Source: Epiperipatus broadwayi (lineage: Eukaryota; Animalia; Onychophora). Taken from it: a stretch of 64,000 nucleotides of DNA. Shown here one piece after another: positions 12,701 through 25,055 of the stretch. Under the pieces are notes generated by a model. The model worked only from the letters and a program-made list of their open reading frames with translations, made no database searches and was not told where the DNA came from. Position 1 is the first letter of the stretch. Every line of letters starts with the position of its first letter. A program made the position numbers and the translations under genes. The stretch covers positions 21,018,001 to 21,082,000 of the forward strand of contig JAQFVV010000004.1 of NCBI GenBank assembly GCA_028023455.1. The letters run 5' to 3'.

Positions 12701-15524
12701 CATTAACCATTTAAAGACCATCTGTTATGTGTTAGTTTTGACTTCTTATCTCCAATTCAATCTGTGAACACATGGCCTGAACATATGGTCCCGTGATTTA
12801 TGAAAATATATAAGATTACTGACAATTTTTGTAAAATAAAGATTACCTAAATAATTCTTTATTTAAACTTAAATTTCAGAGTTGCAAATAACAAATCAAA
12901 ACAAATTCATTTTCCACTATATTATTAAATAATATAGAACACAATATATAAATTTCTATAAAGGAAAAAAAAATCTATATATCTGCAACATACACACACA
13001 TATATACGTATGCAGAACATTAAATAGAAAACTGCTTGTTCAGATTCATATGAGCATAAAATATCCTTTTTTCAATTAATATAATGTCTTTCCCAATTTC
13101 CTATAATTTTGAACCTATTCTCATGAAAAGAACTGTCAAACCAAAGCTCACTATAACTAGTTCAGTTTCAATCTTCACCAACTTTTTTTACTGTTAAATA
13201 TTACGATTCAAGGAGACTCTTTTAGACATATAAATATTTATTTTTCAAATATAGCCCGTACAAAAACCACTCCCCCCTTCTCTATATAATGCTAGCTATA
13301 ATTTTAAATAAATACAAACAATTCCCTATATATGTGAGATTTATTAATTTCTCCAAATAAAACTTTTCTTAAACTAATAAAAAAAATTTTTTTGCCTATA
13401 AATAGTTCATTTTCTCATCATTGCTTTATATATGAAATAAACCAAGGGTCACAATATACATATATAAATATATTGTTATGTGAAATTTACCAAATTTTTT
13501 TTTTTTAATAATTATATTTATATATATTGGACCAGTACTTTATGGTACATTGATTCAAACCTCATAAATTTTACCTCAATTTTAGGTAAAAATTTAGTAA
13601 ATGTTAAGTTATATAATTAAGAGATGTAGGAAATCATGTGTGGCTCCATTATTATTGTAATAAAAATAAATAATGTATTCACGTTTATTAAACCTTGCAA
13701 TAGAAAAAAGAAAAAACTTTTTTTTTTTTTTTATTAAAATATTTTCTTTTCTTTTAGTTTTATTTTGAATATCTCTTCTGAAAATTTTCAGAATAAACAA
13801 GCAAATTTAATTAATTACAAATATTTCTGAAGTATTAGCTTGTTTATATTTTTTTTGAAAGAAACATAATTTTAATTAAGAAGAAAAGAAAAACAAAACA
13901 GGTAAAAAAATCTAAGGTATTTTTTGTGCTATCTGTTTTGATCTAATATCATGGATTGATTGAATATAAGGGTCACTTATTTTTTTTACTCTCTATTTTC
14001 TGAATCATTTAGGAGGACAGTTGAGGAATAAACTTAATACTAGGTCACTCACACACACAAAAAAATCAATTATGCAGTTACCTTTCAACCATTGTTGATA
14101 ATTTCTAGTGAATAAGAAACTAGTTTTAAAATATCAGAGAGTAATGGAAAATATTCACTATTCTATAATACCCTTACAAATGGAGGGCTAGATTATTTTT
14201 TTAAGTGCCAATTGCAAAATATGAACCTCCCATATAAACCATTTGGGTATTGTTTTTTGTAACCTGCCTAAAATGAAATTTTTAAAATAACTTTCTAAAG
14301 AGGAGAGAAAGACAGACACAAATTTTTAAAATAATTTGCTAAAGAGGAGAGAAAGACAAACATTAAGATAATACCATGTTGATTACCAGATTTACAGACC
14401 AGTATCTGATTATATATATATTTTAAAGAACGTTAAATTAGAAAAATATAGACTGATAAAAGTATAAGGAAATGTTGAAAGCCATTTATAATAATAACTG
14501 CAAGAAGGCGTGCAGTGTAACAACAGGATCATAATTGTGACACCTATATAAAGAAAATAATATCAAATCCCGGATTATGATGATTATTTACTAAATTAGA
14601 GTTTAATCACATGTGTACACATAAAACATGAACTGATAGATATATGAGTACATACATTTCTATTTCTTTTTGTTGTAGAACTCAATATAAAAAAGTGAGG
14701 TTTTTTTCCTTTCTTCATAAATCTTCAATTAATTAATTTTTAATTCTCATTCATAAGCATGATATAATATATTTTTATTTTGTTTCTACATATATTTTAT
14801 ATAATTTACATGTCAGACAATGGATAAATAAGTAAAATTAAAGTTATTAAGAATGAAACATTTTGGCAGTCTATTTAATAAAATGCTTATTCATTTATTT
14901 GTTAGGTAGTTATGATTTTAATTGTGTTCGTACTAAATTTGTGTGTATGTTCTTATTTATTTAAATTATTCATTTTTATTGAAATTTAATATCAATGTAT
15001 GTCTTTTTTTTTGTGACATGCCAAAATAGATTGAAATATACTATAATCTAAGAGTAAGTTTAGTGTGTGATTTCATATGTAACTTAAAGAAATAAAAACT
15101 AGCATTATGGGTGATAGTAGATGTAAAAAGGATTTCATTCGGCACATGATGATTAAGATGCCATAATATTTTATGGCTGGATCTCATTAATACACAAATC
15201 CTTCATCATTATGTTACCCATAGACCAAACACCAGAGAAATCATATTGAGAAATATGGCTGGCCAGTTAATTAAAAGTTTATTTACTGATGGGATATGGC
15301 TAGAATAATATTACAGATTATTCATTGGCTAATACTTGATTGCATTATATTGGTAGCAACAGCTTGAAATGATAAAGCTCACGTATGTGAACATGTTTTA
15401 TTATATTTGGTTGCCCAAGTGTGGTCAGAATGAATCATCTGAAACTTGGTTTATTACAGTACATTGTGTAAGGGGAAGCTTTTTTACTTCACATTATGTC
15501 TTTGCTGTAACATTTTTTTCATGT

Positions 15525-15655
15525 ATGCAGATAAAACAGGAGAGTAGATAAAAAGTTTATAAGATAATTTAAATAATATATATGTGGATATATATTTATT
15601 TATCATTTAGTCAACATAATAATAGTTTCATAGTAATATTTTAAAAAAATATAAT
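15525..15655 (+). repeat. Dispersed repeat, copy 2 (copy 1 at ~8715-8850)
   Basis: Direct similarity to the 8.7 kb copy; ends at the TSD of the PLE insertion. Confidence 0.75.
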
Positions 15656-15663
15656 AAGTATAT

Positions 15664-16401
15664 TACGATTAAGTCAAATAATTTTACTTTTGGGAAATGT
15701 ATGTATTCAAGCACAAGTGCGTGTGCGGCGCAACTGCTCCCAAAAGCTGTAATACAAATAGCTAACTAAAAATATTAAAACAGCTGAGCGCTTTCAAAGG
15801 ATCTTGCCTTCATAATCATAGCTTGCTTACGTTTAAATTTATGCAAATATGCTAATTCCATCTTTTTGATAGAGAAAAACACGTGTCCTTCCTGTATGAT
15901 TGTCCGGAATGCACTCATGGTGACTTGTGCACTGGTGCTGATAAAAAACTGAATAATTAGAAGGATCGTTGCGAGCTCTATTGTACGAATACCTGTGTTG
16001 TGCCAATCGTGTGGCCAGAGATGCCCTGCTTTCCCCGTAATATGTTACAGACCCCCCATACAGTATATAACATTGCTTGTCCAAATAACCATTGCAAAGG
16101 CACATATTACAGGGAAAGCAGGGCAATCCTACCATCGTATGTAGAGAGAGACATGACCTCAAAAGAAAGATCAAAGAGGCTTTATTTATCTCTCGCGACA
16201 GCGATGCCATAAACAGGAAGGACATGTGTTTTTCTCTATCAAAAAGATGGAATTAGCATATTTGCATAAATTTAAACGTAAGCAAGCTATGATTATGAAG
16301 GCAAGATCCTTTGAAAGCGCTCAGCTGTTTTAATATTTTTAGTTAGCTATTTGTATTACAGCTTTTGGGAGCAGTTGCGCCGCACACGCACTTATGCTTG
16401 A
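15664..16401. mobile_element. Head-to-head Penelope-like insertion (family B) with GIY-YIG endonuclease fragments and 13-bp TSD
   Basis: TSD ATAATAAGTATAT at 15651-15663 and 16402-16414. Arms 15704-15895 and 16213-16404 differ at 2 positions. Inner inverted repeat 16022-16045 / 16102-16125. + strand: VYNIACPNNHCKGTYYRESRA and ERHDLKRKIKEALFISRDSDAINRKD. - strand: YYGESRASLATRLAQHRY. Confidence 0.85.
16285..16326 (+). ncRNA. Hammerhead-like motif with variant core (mirror copy at 15782-15823 on -)
   Basis: agct-ATGATTATGA-AGGcaagatCCTt-t-GAAA-GCGC-TC-agct. Stems I and II, GAAA and palindromic helix III AGCGCT are present, but the CUGANGA box is non-canonical. Confidence 0.5.
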
Positions 16402-16910
16402 ATAATAAGTATATAAAAATAAATATGAGGCCTTAAAAAAATAAGCATTTAGTCATAATTAAATTGATATAAATAATAAAATTAATATAAAATCCATATT
16501 TGAATTAAATAAAATAATACTTTTTGACATATAATTAGTATCATGTATATGAAAAAATATGTATTGACAATTTACTTTTTATATGTTAATTTATATGTAT
16601 TGTGTATTTTCAACTTTACAAAAGACTTGCTTAATCAAGTGTTCAAATATTATTGCTATGTCATGCCTAGACTGAAAATTAACTGAAAGTTGGATAAAAT
16701 GAAATAATTTTCTATAATTATTCAAATAAAGTAAAGACAAAAATACTTATTTACACATAAAATTAGAAATGATTTATATAGTTTTAAATTTATATTCAAA
16801 ACTTGAGAATGTTAGTAATTTAACATGTCATAACAAATTTTTTATCACTCAAATTATATCATTTATTTATTTTGGCTGCATGTTTGCTGTTAATTGTAAT
16901 GAGATTTTTT

Positions 16911-17143
16911 AAACCACTAAACATCACATGATCACTATTTCTTATGCTAGCACATAACTGTTACTAAAACATTGCTCTCAGATCCAAAGCTCCTCACTGA
17001 TGAAGGCCACAAGCTAGAAACTAGTCTGGAGATATTGGATGAGTAGGCACTAGATAGGGATTTTATGCACAAGCCTTCTGGCATCCATTGATTACTCTGG
17101 TTGGTACTGAATGGCAATACTGTATGGAGAGTTTTGCCTGTTT
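16911..17143 (+). mobile_element. Second copy of family A PLE mini-element, with the inverted arm mostly missing
   Basis: TSD TAATGAGATTT(T/C)TT at 16897-16910 and 17144-17157. Same inverted tail (taaacatcacatga...taaaac), spacer and right arm as 6505-6886. Confidence 0.8.
16991..17032 (+). ncRNA. Minimal type I hammerhead ribozyme
   Basis: tcctca-CTGATGA-aGGCcacaaGCTa-GAAAC-TA-GTC-tggaga; predicted cut after 17026. Confidence 0.75.
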
Positions 17144-17569
17144 TAATGAGATTTCTTGTTTTCTTTTTGAAGTCTTAAACAAACTGGCAAAATTAATTCC
17201 TAATGTGCACTCCATACATTCTTGTCCTTGCAGCTCTTATTACTATGTGATTATTTATCAAATAAATGAACATGAATGGATTGCTTACTAACTAACATAG
17301 TGACTTTATGGGGGTTTTACCCCTCACTTTAAGATCACACATCATAATTTTTTTTCTCAGTTGCCTGATAATTCTTAATTGAAATATCACTTAAGTTTTC
17401 ATGAAGATAGGATGAATATGTTTATTAATTTTTTTCGTCTTATAGATATTTATAATCATGACAAATAAAACTAAATTATGGTCCTTATTTCCAAAAAGGT
17501 TGTGAAGTTGCCAGAGGTTACTAAGAACCTTCTGATTGCAGATCCATGTTATTCGATTATGTTTGATTT

Positions 17570-20150
17570 ATGTATATACTATTGCAAATTATAAATGAAG
17601 GAAGATTATGTGAATTGAAAGAAGAACTTAGCTGGATTTTATCAAGTTAGAAGAAAATATGAAGAGATAATTGATTTGAAAAGTAGTCGTGTATTTTATA
17701 ACAAATGCACAAATATTAGAAGCACAAGTGATATGGGATTTGTTATAAATAAAAAGTGGAAGGACAGTATTGTGCAGATTGATCATATATCAAACAGAAT
17801 GCCAAAATAAGTTATTTAACTTAATGAAATATATCTAAAGTAAATGATTCACGTTTTGCATTAATAACTTCTCATTGTGATGAACTTGTAGAGGATTTTT
17901 ATATAGACATACAAAATGCTTTTGGTTATACCAAACAATATTTGAACATCATTATGGGAGTGTTTAATACTAGCATTGGAAAACAATTTAAAGATAAAAA
18001 TTATTTTGGATAGACTTGGTCTTTGGTCATAGAAATGATCTTATGGAGTTCATAGAAAAAATAAAGCTTTATATTGTGAATTTTATCTTCAAGAAAAATG
18101 CACAATGGAAAAGGATTTTTCAAATGAAGGTATTGCATAATTGTATTATATTTTGATTAACAGACAATATTTATTTTGAGATTACAATGTTAATAATAGA
18201 TTCAACACAGGAATTGATTGTTAATGAAATGTAAGATAGATGTTAATCCAATATTAGAGAAGCAAAAACTATTAAGAAAGAATATTTATCAGTTGATATT
18301 CCTAACTTTCAGAAACATTTCTATAAATTTAAATTAGAACTTGCAAATCATTTTAAAATAATAACAGACTTTGAAGATTGGTCAGATTTGATTGAAAGCA
18401 ATAAAAAGATAACTAATACTCTATTAAAAACTACAAAAACGCAACAATATACCAATAAACTTTTTGTTGAGACAAGTAAAGATATGAAAAAAAAAAAAAA
18501 AACAATATGAAAATTTTTAAAAAGTGATGTATAAAGAATTGAATATTTAGAATTTAGTAAAATTTATATGAAAAAAATTAATAATGATATAATTGTGAAT
18601 TGGCATGGAAAGCCATAGAAGAGAATAAAAGTTTCTGAAGTGCGAAACAACATCTTGGTATTGGAATGAAAGTTGCTTTAGGAATAAGAAAAAAAAAAGA
18701 CAGCACCATTACTAAAAAGAGTTACACTAAAACAATATATCCCCCTACAATTATTACATCTTCTGAATTGGAAAGTATTTTAAATAAAGAGGTAAGATTT
18801 GCAATTTAATCTGTAAAGAAGTGAAAAGTTCCAGGAAATGATGGAATTTTTATTTATATTTTAAAAAAAAAGCATATGAAGAAATAGAAAAATTGTTGGC
18901 AAAGCTATATACCAAATGTCAAAATAATAAAAGTGCATCAAATGACTGGAAAAGTGCAGAAATAATATTGATATTTAAAAAAGTGATAAAGAAGATATTA
19001 GAAATTACAATTTGTCAGTCATCTATCAGTTTTATACAAAATTTCTTGCCTATAACAAATTTTGGATCTAACCATCCTAAAGAACAAACTGGATTTAAAA
19101 GTGGATTTAGCATTCAAGTATTGAGAGAAATTATAGATAGAACTAATGAATATGAGTTTCTATTAGCTATTATACTTTGGATTTGGAGATTATGATAAGG
19201 TATTTAATTGTAAGTATTTCCATAGTGATTAAAGCTTTGGATCATCAAAATATAACCAGAATATTGTTATATTCTTGAGAATATTTATCAAAATGCAACA
19301 TCAATATTTAGATTACATTGTGATATTAAGATTATCATTGAGAAATTTGGGCGACAGTGATCCTATATCTAAAACATTTTGCTGCAGTTTTACAAAAAAT
19401 ATAATAGAGATTATTTAAGTTATCTAAATTTCGCAGATAATGTGATTGTTTTTGAAAATAATGCTTCAGAGTTTCAGGAAGTATTAACAAGTTACCAGAT
19501 GAAAGTAAGTAAGTAGAATTAATGATAAATATTAAAAAAGTCTGAAGTAAACATTGACCATCACAAATTAAAAAAGTTAACATCTACAAATATCTTGATC
19601 AGATGATTATTAACACAGACAGAAACATAATGAATGAAAGTAATCATAATTTTGGATAGAGTGCTTTTCATAAAAATAATATAATATTAAAACGAAATAT
19701 ACTTTTGTGTTTGAAAAGGAAGGTTTTTAATAGATGTATTTTACCAGTTCTTACTTACGAATTAGAGAGTTGGATATTTAACAGAAGAGCAATATAGAAA
19801 TTCAGACCATTCAACAAAATATTTTAGGAGTAACAAGAATAAATCAAAGACAAAATACATTGATGATAGAACAAACAGGTATCACTGACATCATTGATAG
19901 AATTAAGAAAGTGAAATGGACCTAGGATGTCCATATTGCTAGAAGAAACAATAATAGATGTACAGTTGAAATCTTAAATGGGATCCAAGAAATTGTAAAA
20001 GATCTAGAAAGGGATCACTTGTGAGATAGCTGAATGAAATAAGATTTGCTCTTGTGGTGTAGAGAAGAGTGCTATGGATTGGGGACATTGGATTAAACTT
20101 GAAAAGACTCATTCTACCATGCATCAATAATAATTAAAACAATGACAATG
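17570..20150 (+). mobile_element. Decayed RTE-clade LINE (APE + RT)
   Basis: Remnants in order: GFVINKKWKDSIVQ; IIMGVFN; NDWKSAEIILIFKK; PKEQTGFKSGFS..IQVLREIIDRTNEYE; LSYLNFAD; KRKVFNRCILPVLTY; HIARRNNNR..EILKWDPRNCKRSR. Ends in a short taa-like tail. Confidence 0.85.
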
Positions 20151-21949
20151 ATTTATTTACTTAATGCATTTCTTTTTTATTATTGCTAAAATTGATTGAT
20201 TTATACTGTTTAATAAAAATTAGGATTAGTATTTTTACTTGAATCTGTTTTTCTTTAGTATTTTTATAAAATTAAAATTTATTCACAGGATTTTTATTTT
20301 TATGAGTAAATATTATTAGCTGTATCAAGTTAACATCAATTTTTGATAATCATATCACTTACATTTTGACTGAATGACTTATCTATTTGGTTTTTCAAAC
20401 TCTGGCCATTCTGTTTTTTTTTTTATCATAATATTTTGAGAGCATTTTGCACTTTTTTAAAAAAAAATTATCTTTTAATATGATTGATAATAAAATACTT
20501 AGTGTTATTTTAACATTTCTTCATTTATGAAAATATATCGACGTGGATTGAAAGCCAATAATACTCAAAGCACCACAGGTTTTATGAACGAGTTCTTTCA
20601 TTTTTTACCTTCAATAAATATTTTCCTATCTAAACCATTTTCAGAAATTTTTGAAGGCCTGATATTTTGTTAATCGAGAAGGATGAGTATGAGTATTTTT
20701 CTTAGTTACATTAAATTAGTATTAAGTAATTCTTTTGTCACAGGTATTGTGCATCTTCAATACATCCATGCTTTTTTAATATTCTTCTGACTTATATTCA
20801 CCGGAATCAAATGAACTATTTATGCAAAATATAGCAGTGAGTATTTTTCTTGGTGCAAATCGTTGACATTTAACTTATAGATGTTAGCTATAGGAAATTA
20901 TTACTATATATTAAAATAGGAGTGTTATAAATGCTATCATTGAATTCATGGTTCATCTTTTTGCTTTTTATATCTGAATCTTATGGCAAAGAAAATAATT
21001 TAAACAAAATTAATTGTCAATTCAATTAATACTGAAAACAAAATAATTTACAAAAAAAAAAAAAAACTAAAATAGTGAGGTATAATTGCAATTAGTTTAT
21101 AAATTCTTGTCAAACAAAGAGATTAAGGCTATATAGTCAATAAACAATATATTCAATACGTTCGAAAGCCTGCCAACTTTTTGATAATCAAAAAAGGGCT
21201 TTTATATTTCCAAGCAGTTAATAGTTCTTCCAGAAAATGTCTTTGTTACTAAGTAAAGAATTGTTATAACTGGACTGTGTGGTGATTGTTTTTTTTTTTA
21301 GAAGATTGTTTACTTTTCAATACAACATGGATTAGCATTAAAACATTAATTATGGAGTTTAAAGAGGAAGTTGATTATTTTAGAGGATTTGTATTTTCAA
21401 ATCGGCATTTAAAATAGACAAATCATACTCAGTTCTCTTATGAAATTATAAATAAACATTTGGGCCACATAGTAAAATAGTGCAGCTAACTGCTTTAATA
21501 ATGTTAAAAAAATAAATCAAATTTTAAGTATCAAATAATGTTACCATATAATATGCTATGAATGACCAATCTTCTTTTATTATTTGAACTTCAGATTCCT
21601 ATGCTATTATTCATCTGAATAACAAAAGACATCAAATTACAGTTAGATGATTACAGTATTTAAATTCACTTAAGTAATCAAGCATCAATAATAAAAAAAA
21701 ATAATTTTGTTATGGAAGAACAAAAAGGAAAATTTTGCAGTTATAGAAACGATAGAGTTAGGTATAAAATTAAAAAACAACCACAAGTTTGACATGTTTG
21801 AGTTAGAAACACTTAACATTAATTCTGAAATTTTGAATTTAAGAACATTAAAATAAGATTCTTATATTATCGATTTTCATGTATATCAAGTCTTTGTTGT
21901 TTTGATAAATAGTTTATCAAGTTTTTCCTCTTAAGCAAGTCATATTTTT

Positions 21950-22500
21950 TTAAAAAAGAAAAATTAAGGAAGCTCCAACCTAATATTTGAGAAAGGTTTG
22001 GGTTTGTTATGTGTTGCATTATGAGTTCCTTATTTTAACATGTTATAATAATCTTGAAAGCTGATAAAGTCAAATAATGTGGTTAAAAAAGTATAAGCTG
22101 TCAATGGATGGTTTGGGGGGAATTACATTTCTTTTAGCATTAGAAAATGGAAGTGCTTTGCATTAGCCCAGAACTAAAAATTTTTTTAGGCAGAATTCAA
22201 AAAGAAATAGATAATTATACTATGGCTGCTTAATTGTGGATAGCAAATAAGGCAATTTAAAGGGACTAATCAAGGATATTAACAAATTTAAAATGTTTGG
22301 AAGGTTACAATATGTCTATGAAAATAGATTAGTAAAAATGGTATTTATTTGGATTGTATAGAGAAAACAACTAACAAGATAAGAGAGAAAATATTTTTAT
22401 AATGTAGAAAGATGATAGATTAATACATCTTGAATTATATATAAATAAATTTGAAGAGATTTCAATTATTGTGTATGTTTTTTTATTGCAATTGCTATAC
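21950..22500 (+). mobile_element. 3' fragment of a LINE resembling the 4.6-8.4 kb element
   Basis: MFGRLQYVYENRLVKMVF parallels atagattagttaaaatagtgttt at ~8045; purine-rich decayed coding. Confidence 0.35.
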
Positions 22501-22680
22501 TACATGAAAAAAAAAAATTGGAACTGATATCTTTTCAAATTTTATTAAAATTAATAGATTGCAAATTTATATCCATGTATTTATATAAGAAAGGAGATAA
22601 AAGTGTAAAAACTATATTACATATGCATATTTATGAAAAATGAAAAAATAAGGTAGGTATGTGAAAGAATAAATATTTTT

Positions 22681-23684
22681 GGTAATACAGCATCGATTGA
22701 TCCACGCCATAAGATGGTGCTGTTGCTAAGCTAAAGCACATAAATATGCTGTTTACAAGGCCGCTACATAGATCTTACGGCCTGTAAACTGTTCAACCGC
22801 TAAACATGTTGAAGTGCACCCATTACCCCAACATCTCTAGTATGTCAAACATTATTAGCGACGAGTATGCAAGACTGTCTATAGACATTACTCTTAACTA
22901 TTGTACATCGTAGGATGTGAAGGTGTCTTTATTTTGAATGACCAAAAGTATATTATAACGTTTTTTTTTTTTGGCTTGGGTGTATTTTTTTTTTAGTTTA
23001 GTTTGTAAAAATTGTAACGCTTTTCCAAACGCCCCTGGTTTCGTTGTCAGGGGTCAGAATTCAGGAAATGAGGAATATTAGTCACAATTCGGCAAAGTTC
23101 ACGATCAAGTCGTGCACTTTCCAAAACTTTTTCGAGATCAAAACATTTCAATGGCAGACGATTGTCCAGCGTTTCGATTTGTAGATTTGCCTACTACAGA
23201 AGCAGATGCGGTGATGGTAGTTTAATGAGAAAATTAATTTTTGATGTAATTGTTGTTTTTTTGAATAAATACACGTTAAATGAACCCAAAAAAAAATGAA
23301 ATATATGAAAGTTGTTTAAAAAAGCACATAAAAAATAAAGAAAAAAAAAGTTTCTTTAAAAAAAAAAGACCGTAATCAAAAGCGGAAAAAAAAAAAGTTA
23401 CTTTAAAAAAAAAAAAGATCATAATCCAATTTTGTTAAACAACAAGTTTTTTTTTAAAAAAAAAACGGTTTTAAAAAACGTATGAAAAAAAATCAATTTT
23501 GAATCAATTTATTTATTTAAAAAAAAAGAAAATACGGTCCCAAAAAAAATCCAACCCTCCAAAAAAAAACACGATAACATTACAAAATAATAATAATCAA
23601 ATCAGCCCGGTAACGTTATATCTATTCGTTTTTCACTTGCAACAGCGCCATCTTATGGCGTGGATCAGTCGATGCTGTATTACC
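22681..23684 (+). mobile_element. Merlin-like non-autonomous DNA transposon
   Basis: 46-bp TIRs (GGTAATACAGCATCGA..., 2 mismatches) and a perfect 8-bp TSD ATATTTTT (22673-22680 / 23685-23692). Internal MADDCPAFRFVDLPTTEADAV from 23151 resembles a transposase N-terminus. GG termini with an 8-bp TSD are typical of Merlin. Confidence 0.75.
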
Positions 23685-24294
23685 ATATTTTTTATATAAA
23701 ATGTAAAAATGTGTGATAGTACTAGAAGGAATTTATTTTTATTTGATACAACTTCATAAGTTTTGGATACCAAGGAAAGGAAAGCAAAAATAAACTAGAA
23801 TTTGGGCTTTTGTTGTAGTTTATGTAGAAATGAAAAGATAACTGTTGAAAGATCAGAATAAATTGTGTAAAAAGTAATAAAAAATACAAAGACGAATGGA
23901 TAGAGATTTTTTTTTTTTTTTGCTAAATTTTATAATAAGAATGGAAAATATGAGGATAAGTAATAAAACTAATGAAACAGTTTTCACTAAAAGGAGGTAA
24001 GGGAATTTAAAACATATTTCAAAGCTGAGAAAATGATTTCTGATTGCAGATTCGAAGAAAGAAATAATAAGGGAAGGGATGCAGATTTTTTTCTACAGAA
24101 AATAAAGTTTCAGGAAGAAGTATTTATCTTTTGACTTTGTCTAATGAAAAGCCATTTCATCTCTGGGTCTAAATGCAAAAATTTATGACATTGTCTGAAT
24201 GAAATTATTTCACATCACACAAACTTATACATTAACATATTTTTTTCTCTTATTCTTCTCTTTCACTTTCTTTGCATATCTTCATATAATCATA

Positions 24295-24479
24295 TATATA
24301 TATTTCTTATAACACTTTTTTCATATATACTTCAATGCAAACAAATTTTCTTAAACTTCTTTATTTTCCTTACAGTTTCGACTGCTGGACAGTCAAAACT
24401 GTAAGGAAAATAAAGAAGTTTAAGAAAATTTGTTTGCATTGAAGTGTATATGAAAGAAGTGTTATAAGAAATATATATA
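24295..24479. repeat. 90-bp-arm hairpin centred on half of a hammerhead
   Basis: Arms 24295-24384 and 24390-24479 have 3 mismatches; 5-nt loop CTGGA. The - strand centre reads GACTG-tccag-CAGTC-GAAAC-TGTA. Confidence 0.85.
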
Positions 24480-24708
24480 ACATTTTATTAACAGTTAAAT
24501 CCCCTTCACCCCAAAATAATTTTTTGTGGAGGAGATAAAAAAATTTATGCAGTTATTTTTATATTTTGTTGCTTTATAAAAGTTTGTCAATATTTTTTTT
24601 TCTTTTTGTGTTTAAACTAGTCAGCAATCTTTTTATAATATTTAATTAACTGTTATTTAAAATAGTTCATATTTGTTTTAAACATATCCTCTTCCCTTCT
24701 ATGTATAG

Positions 24709-24847
24709 GTTGCCTCTGACTCCATCCTTAATTAGGCAGGCCAAAGCAGGAGAAAAAATCATGTCACTTAGTGGAAGTCCATTAGTTAATACTGCTGATC
24801 TTATTAAAAATTCTGAAGATGCTATAATTATTTTAGATGGTGGACAG
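24709..24847 (+). CDS. CDCA8: Internal exon of a Borealin (CDCA8)-like gene
   Basis: Polypyrimidine tract plus AG acceptor and GTAAAT donor. Encodes (R)LPLTPSLIRQAKAGEKIMSLSGSPLVNTADLIKNSEDAIIILDGGQ, matching the Borealin TPxLRxxxAGExIxSxxGSPL...GGE segment as recalled from the human protein. Confidence 0.75.
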
Positions 24848-25055
24848 GTAAATTTTTATGAAATACACTTACATTATTTTAAATGCAAATATAAGTAATT
24901 AGTAGAATTTTTATTTATTTATTTGCAAACACAAGCATACAAGTTTTAATATATATATATATATAACTCGAATAAATTATTAATTGTAAAAAGTATAAAC
25001 TTTTACTGCTTTGATATATATGTTTGTTTTTTTTAAAATTATTATATTTCTACAG

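Noticed and set aside
15100-15450. Possible gypsy integrase remnant (TDY; IFGCPSVVR)
   Set aside because: Too degenerate; the catalytic motifs are not recoverable.
20520-21780. Exon-like blocks, including IKTLIMEFKEEV and IDKSYSVLL, resembling the Borealin N-terminus
   Set aside because: They need several frameshifts and contain stops; I cannot distinguish a pseudogene, assembly errors or chance.
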